A stretch of DNA of 64,000 nucleotides, taken from the NCBI GenBank assembly GCA_002269645.1, contig NIVC01000576.1, forward strand, positions 124,001 to 188,000, given 5' to 3'. A program made the position numbers and the translations under genes. This document shows, piece after piece, positions 57,034-64,000 of the stretch (within the stretch, counting starts at the first letter, position 1; every line of letters starts with the position of its first letter). Source of the DNA: Macrostomum lignano. Its lineage: Eukaryota. Below the pieces are notes generated by a model. It was not told the DNA's origin and made no database searches. It saw only the letters and a list, made by a program, of their open reading frames with translations.

Positions 57034-59178
57034 ATTATATTAATTAGTTTTGGTATATCATCTTACACCTACCTCAGCTAAAAGTAGATATCACCTATTG
57101 ACAAAAGCGAGGCACAAAAAAGTACCAGTAGGTCTATATTCAACACTGTCATGTGAAGTTAGTTTTGTCTGTTTGACACCTTGACCTAGTCTAGGACTTG
57201 ATTTTGTACTTTTCGTCTTGTTTAGATCTTGAATTTAGTCTAGAGTCTAGATTACATTTTAGATGGATTTTGATCGCTTCTGTAACTACGACTAGATGCA
57301 GCAAAGTTGTTTCTTATAGAAAATCTTCAAGATCCGCCTTCAATAGAGTGGTGTTTTGAAAATTTGTCTGCTTAGGCCTATCTTTTTTAGATGTGGCTAG
57401 GGGGGCTGACCCAATAAGACGTGGCTTAAAATTGTACCATGTAGTCGTAGAGTCCTAACGAGTCTAGCATATTACTTATTTGAGTTAAGCTTGAGATGAG
57501 TAGGCCCAGTAGTAGTAGTAACAAAAATAGCGATCTTTTACTGTTGCACATTTTAAAATTTTACTTATTTTCTTAGAAATCTAATTAAAATGGGCGCAGA
57601 ATGGTATGGCTTGAAAGATTTGTCTCTAGCACAGTCTGACTATCAATCTGGTGGGTAAACCCAGACTAGTCAGTAGGGGTTAAACCAGATCTCAATCTTG
57701 ATCTCAATTGTTAAGACAAGATCTTGGCACTTTTCTCAATCTTGATCTTGGTTTTGAGATCTCAAAATCTAGGACTATGTGATGTGACTAATGTTGACTA
57801 TGATGAGATGATATTAATATTAATATTATTTCATCATATTATTTATATTTGATATATGTCAAGTTACTAACAAGCTTAATATTATGTATTAATTGTTTTT
57901 TCCTCTATTAGGCCTATTATCATTATGCATATTTAATAAATAAATAATAATATCTATTATTAGTAGGGCCTACTAAGCTAAATAAGATAGAATAATGTAA
58001 GAAGGCTTATTAGATGGCTAGATCCCAATTAAACTTAACTTGAATATTAATTGAATCTCTATTATTTTAAAAGTATAGATCTTAAGACTAAAAAATCTTA
58101 TAAATATAGGCCTATGAGATATTGTCTAATCTCTATTAGGCCTAGGCCTAGGTAATATAATAGGACAGATGTAATAGACTTACTTATTTATCATTAAACC
58201 AAATAGAAACTAATTAAAAATAAATTGCACTATTAAATCAATACAAAGTTATATTAAACAAAAGTTTCTAGTAAATTTTCTTTGTTAACATACATGTTCA
58301 ACCTATTTTATGGCATGAGCCTATGAGTAAAACTGCCATATACTAAGACTGCCACAGCTATTATTGGCTTTTGGTATAGTATTGAGATAGAATTACCAAT
58401 TTTCTAGCATTGCAATTCCTTTCATAAGTTTCTTTCTTGTAGTCTTGTCTTATTGGCTCTCTTATCTATTTGTCTCCTTTTAATTCTAGCACTATCTAAT
58501 AAAACATTAAGCCAAATTTCTCTACTAGATCCTCTAAGTATAGCAGTCTTGGTATGTGGTGGTCTTGGTCCAATACCAATTTCACCTGTCTGGTGCAACT
58601 TAGTTTTGTCTAGATTTGCAACTTAGTTCCTCTCAATTGCAATTTAGTTCGCCCCAATTGTGACTTAATTTTCATTTTGTATATGAATTTTCTTGCCTTT
58701 TTCTTTTTTCTTCTTTTTCTCTTTCTCTCTCTTCTTTCTCCTCAATCCTCACTCTCTTTTCCTTCCTTTCTTTTCCTTTTCTCTTCCTCTCCTTTCTTCA
58801 ACTTTTTGTGTTTTTGATTTTGTGACTTACCTTGGCCAGCAGCCATTTCACCTGTCTAGTTTAGACAAGACAGATGAGTGTTGGGCATGTATGTTTGTTA
58901 ATTAAAAATAGAACTATATTGTTTTTTTTCAAAAATCATCATATCTGTATTATAGATATAGACCAAAATATTAGTTGGATAACCTATGATAGGCTTAGTT
59001 TATTTAAAAATTCCAACTAAGCCTTTTCTACTATAAATTAATAGGTCTAGTCCATTTTGTTTTAGTAATAGCCATTCCAATAATAGCTATTGTGGTAATA
59101 TTAGCTACTTCAGTAATAGATAGGGCCTACTAGTAACAAATAAGAATAATTGCATATAATGATTAATATGCTTATACA

Positions 59179-59428
59179 TACATGCGAAACCCCCCTTATT
59201 TATACTAGCCATGCGACCAAAAATGCAACTTACCTGTAAAAGAAACCCTAACACAATTTTAGGTAAATGACAGGAGTAACTATAACTGTCTTATAAAGGC
59301 TAAATGCCTCGTCATCTAATTAGTACTACGTGTGTATTCTTTAGGCTGGGCATTTTTGCAACTTTCCCCTGGTCCACCACAATTTACGGTGGCCATATTG
59401 GCCAGGTCAGCCAGCAGTTGCGCATGTA
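59179..59428. mobile_element. MITE family A copy
   Basis: ta|catgcgaaac ... gttgcgcatg|ta; shared interior (ggtaaatgacaggagtaactat, gggcattttt). Confidence 0.7.
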
Positions 59429-60905
59429 TATGCTTATAGAATTATATTCTAAAAAAGCAAATAAACTTTTAAAAAAGAGAAAAAAATTAAGATAAGCCTA
59501 TACTCTTATATATTGAAAGATTTAGATTGATGTAAAAACTATATTATATTATAAGATATTGAAATTATTCAAGTGTTTTAATCAATCTATTTTACTTTCT
59601 AACTATATATTGCTCTGATGATGTTCGCGCAGGTGCCATTCGGGCCAAATTGCATATTTTTTAATTCCAAATATTATCTATAATGACCAAAAATCGTATA
59701 TACTAGAATCTCTAAGTTAGTGACTTGAAATTATAATATAATCTAATTAATTTTTCATTAGTTATTTCAATATTTAATGAAAATGCACCTAGTGTGTTTA
59801 TTCTTTTACAAAGTCAAAGTGAAAGTTTAAACAAATTATAATATATTTTAATTAGAAAATGAAACTATTTTTGGCAATAAAGTATTTGATATATCAATTA
59901 TTAAATTAATAGTTTCTAAAATCAATTTCCTAAAAGATTTAGTATTAATAGTTATGAATCTAGTTTGTTATCACAATCATAGCTATTATCAGTGTCCTAA
60001 TAAAGTAGATTATATTCTTTTCCACTGGGTTGACTAAGATCCCCATTGGAGCAAATAGGGTTTTTTTGCAAATAGCATCTGGCATGCTTGTGAAAAATTG
60101 CCTGCATGACTACGCAGAAAGAAATTTCTATTTGCGCATAAAGTGCATAGCATATGCGCAGCATGCGCTATGCACCTTGTGCATATAATGTCAGCATAAA
60201 TATGTAGATATATAACAACAATGGGCCCTTGTGCCCTTGCATTAGCATCTTTGCCATATTGAAAAAAGTATAGTATATACCAGAAAATTCCGACATACAT
60301 CTGGAGTACAAGTGCTTTATCTAGCATTTATTTGGCATAAAAAGAGGAAATACAACCTTCAAGCACAATCATTAGCTTATAATTCTTAACTATACTTGTT
60401 CAAGCTTTTGATGCAGTGTACAAAAGCATTTAATTATATGACATCATTGCGTAAATTATGCCAAACAATCTTTGCTATAAAGAGTTAATTTGCAAAGTCA
60501 TGACAATAAATTAGATTTTCAAACAATATACTAAAACTTTCTATAGTTTTTAGTAAGAAATATATCTTAATCAATAATAAAATGTAACTATTCTGTTTTA
60601 TTAATTCTTTTCATTTTTTTCAAATGATATATGTTCTCAATTTTATTTTTTCTTATGGTTAATTATTTGCTATGCCTAAGCTTGATTGTTTGATTGTTTT
60701 TTGCTTGTTAATCACACATTTTTAATTGGCATACAATTTACTAGAATGCTTAATTGGCATATATATAACACAATCTGCAATATGGGCATCTTGTGTGCTT
60801 TATAAATTTACATTTTCTAATATATTTGTACAATTTGCCACCTCCTGATTGGAGTGATTGTCCATTTGTGCTTTTTTTCTTGAAACCAATTGTGCGCCTG
60901 CGCCA

Positions 60906-61172
60906 TACATGCGCAACCTCCAAAATTCGGTTGGCCGTGCAACTTAGTTGTAACAAAAATGCAACATAGTTTTTGGCCAAAAATGCAACTTACTTGTAAA
61001 AAAACCCAAAAGCAAAATTAATGCAACTTTGGGTAAATGGCAGGAGTAACTATGACTGTCTTATAAAGCCAAAATGCCTCATCAGCTACTTAGTACTACT
61101 ACTTGGTGTTTCTTCAGGTGGGCATTTTTGCGACTTCTTGGTTGGCTGGATTGGCTGACTGTTGCGCATATA
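60906..61172. mobile_element. MITE family A copy
   Basis: ta|catgcgcaac ... gttgcgcata|ta; interior aligns in reverse with 19742-20036. Confidence 0.75.
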
Positions 61173-61504
61173 TGGCCCGCGCGCCTAGCTGGAGTGTCCG
61201 CAGCTTTTTTAAATTTGCTCCAATAGGGACTAGGATACAAAGCTAATTCAGTTATTTCATAACATTGTTTATTGTTTTGTATATTGGCTTATCCCCCTCC
61301 TGTTTTTAGGGAATAAGTAAGAATGGCCCATTACTATAAAAATAGACAAACTTTATATGCTTACCATTTTTTATCTTAATTAAATTAGAGTAAGATTTTT
61401 TAATTAGATAGAGAATAAGTTAATAAAGAATTGTATCAAATTTAAGGCTAATTGTTTTATATGGAACAAACTTACAGATACATGAGCACTCCCTCTGAGT
61501 TATA

Positions 61505-61755
61505 TGCTAGCTATGCAACTTACCTTTTGACCAAAAATGCAAATTACCTATGAAAGATACCTAAGAAAAAATTATGCTAATTTGAGTAAATGACAAGAGT
61601 AACTAACTGTATTATTAAGGCTAAATGCCTGCCTTATCATCTAATTAGTATTATGACTATTATTTTTGAATGGGCATTTATGCAACTTACCTTGGCTAGG
61701 CTCTTTGCCAGCCGGCTAGATTAGCTAGCTTAGTGGGGTGTTGTGCATGCATGTT
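61505..61755. mobile_element. Older, degraded MITE family A copy
   Basis: Interior motifs atgcaacttacc, gtaaatgacaagagtaacta, ctaaatgcct, gggcattt. Confidence 0.55.
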
Positions 61756-63155
61756 ATGGTAGCCAGAAGTTAGTCAATTTTAAAACCCTAGTGTATATAT
61801 CTGGCCAGATAAGGGAAAAAGAGGTAGATGGAGATTACAGTGGTTGTCTCAATGGCAAAAATACACTAAATTTAAAAGTTTACAGTGTCTTTCAAGATAC
61901 TCTTTAAGATGCACATTTTTATACAATTATGTCCAAGTTAAAGATATAAGGAATGCAATGCCACTTAGTATTAAGTATTGACTGTTATAATTTGCCATGT
62001 CTTCAAGTATATTTGCAACCTTAAAAGCCATGTCCCCAAGTCTTTGTGTGCTGACATCATTTACAAGTTCATATGATTGATGATTACAATGTTGTGAAAA
62101 TTAAAAATAGAGTATCAGGATAATGCTTGTTAAGATGGTTGTTTCAGCAGTGCAGATCCTATAGTGGGAGCTCAAGTTGCTTGGAAAGCCAGTTTGTGGC
62201 ACAGAATACTCTATCTCTCAATCAGATAGTAGGACAGAGGGGTTTTACTATAATGCTGTTGTAGCATAAGTTTAATTTTACATTGGAACTTTTACACTGT
62301 GGAGATAGGAGCTAAGAACAATCTTATTTTATGGTGGCTTTATAGAATGGGCCAAGTGTTTGGAATTTCCCACTAAACTGTCATTGCTTAAAATAGTCTC
62401 TTGCAAAGAAGGCTATATAACTAAAGTTATTCCACAACACAGCACATCTATGTTCACTGAGTCCTATCGCCCGACCCCTTCCTCTGGGGGAAATGAATGA
62501 GCGGCAAAAACATCTAGGCAAAAAACAGAGTTACAGAGCTGATACTTTACATTTAGAGACATGACAGTGAATGAGTCAATGAAGAATTTTGTCAAGTTTG
62601 AAGTCAATCATTTATGTGAAGCAAACTTATAGCAGCGCCAAAGTTTAGTCAATTTTAAAACCCCTTTTCCATATCTCGCCAAATAAGGCAAGGAGAGAGA
62701 GGCGGAGGTTGAGGTGGTTGCTACGCTGACAAAATCAGACTTTAAAAGTACACAGTGCCGTTCAGAATTAACTTTAAGCCTCGAAATTTTAAACGATTGT
62801 CTTAAAATAGTTGAAGATTGTTTGCGTCAAATTGGAAGACGATTAGTAGCTTAAGCTCAGTAGCTTAAATGAGTTCTTTTCTACTAACAATTTTTCTGGT
62901 TTCTACTAACAATCGTTTAAACTATTTCTACTTTCTCTTCAATTACTTTATAAAAGGATAGGGTGGAAGGGTTGGATTTTGTCATACTCTTGTCTAGTCT
63001 GTCTTTCCTTCATGTCTTTCCTTCACCTCATTGTGGTTGTGTTAATATCATCATTTACTGTTAAGCCCGCATCCAGTGAATAATGTTAGCAATTACTACC
63101 CCAAGAATAGTCCGTCTTGCCAGTTTCAGTTTGTTTTCTGTAAGTAGGGACTGCA

Positions 63156-63325
63156 TACATGCGCAACCTTGGGAATCACCCGGCCGTTTCTAATGGCAAC
63201 ACGCACATGTAAGTCGCTATTGGCTGAGAGCAGTCACGTGACTACTATTCCGTCCAATAGCAACTTACATGTGTGTGTTGCCAATAGAAACGGCCGGGTG
63301 AATCCATAGGTTGCGCCCAAGCATG
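63156..63325. mobile_element. Palindromic MITE sharing family A termini
   Basis: About 80-bp arms in near-perfect inverted orientation around agtcacgtgact. Confidence 0.8.
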
Positions 63326-64000
63326 GTAGGGAGTTTTCTAAAAGCTTCCACTGAAGAATCCCAGTCGTTTCTTTGTTTTGTTCAGAATCCAGATGTCTCT
63401 TGCTGGGGCTTTGTATAACTTTAAAAGCTATCCCTGTCCTTTCCTATTCCTCCTGTTTTGGCATTGACAGTGAAAAATAGGAAAGAGGATTTTAGTATTT
63501 TTTCCTGTCTGTACTCTTCCCCTATTGCTAGTCCTGAGAAGATCTGGCTAGAAAGTGAGGTAGGTGGTCTACGGTTTGCAAAAAATCAATTGGAGCCGGG
63601 ACACAGGTGATAGGCAGGCAAGAGATTGAGCCAGAGGATACAGAGAAATTGGGCAGGATATGTGGGTTTGAGCCGGGGAAGGAGGGGAGAGCAGACCTGG
63701 GGAAGGTGAGAAGGGGAGGGAGGCTTCATCGCGTGTGCTCACCGAGTAGACAGGCTCGCTGGCAGAAGCAGTGTCAGACTCACCTTGGATGCAGAGGGAC
63801 GAGAAATTTTAGCTTTGAAAAAAACCGGACGGACGCCTATGGGATGGTAGATGGCTTGTCTCTTCCCTCTTCTTCCCTTAGTGTGACTGTCTGCCCCCCC
63901 CCCTCTTTACTTCTCTCCTCTCCATCATGATCTGGCCCCGTGCCTCCATTATTTCAACCTGGGCTACCTGTCGCAGCCAGGGTGCTCTGTGGTCTCAATA

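Noticed and set aside
63607-63930. 107-aa ORF near the window end
   Set aside because: No domain motif and a low-complexity end; cannot be supported from the sequence alone.

Overview
Repeat-rich animal genomic DNA. The short introns, GC-rich exons and TE content suggest a free-living flatworm such as Macrostomum, but that is an inference and was not checked. Four spliced genes could be rebuilt by hand with GT-AG junctions and consistent reading-frame phase: an SLC22-family transporter (minus, 9 exons, 584 aa), an annexin (plus, 3 exons, 314 aa), CNOT4/NOT4 (plus, 4 coding exons, 787 aa) and an AC9-type transmembrane adenylyl cyclase (minus, 10 exons, 1034 aa). Between and inside them are a full-length TSD-flanked RTE-like LINE with an intact APE-RT ORF, a decayed relative of it, a 5'-truncated second LINE, Gypsy remnants, several non-autonomous DNA transposons and at least ten different mini/microsatellites. 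Best leads: (1) an HDV-like ribozyme core overlapping the first codons of the RTE-like ORF; (2) a 4.9-kb intronic satellite in CNOT4 that reads as a coiled-coil heptad repeat, with its common variants at synonymous positions and cryptic splice sites that could fuse it to the RING domain; (3) an AC9-type cyclase with Leu at the forskolin-pocket position and no C2b tail; (4) intronic satellites that are arrays of transcription-factor-like motifs. All calls come from reading the sequence; no searches or folding programs were run.
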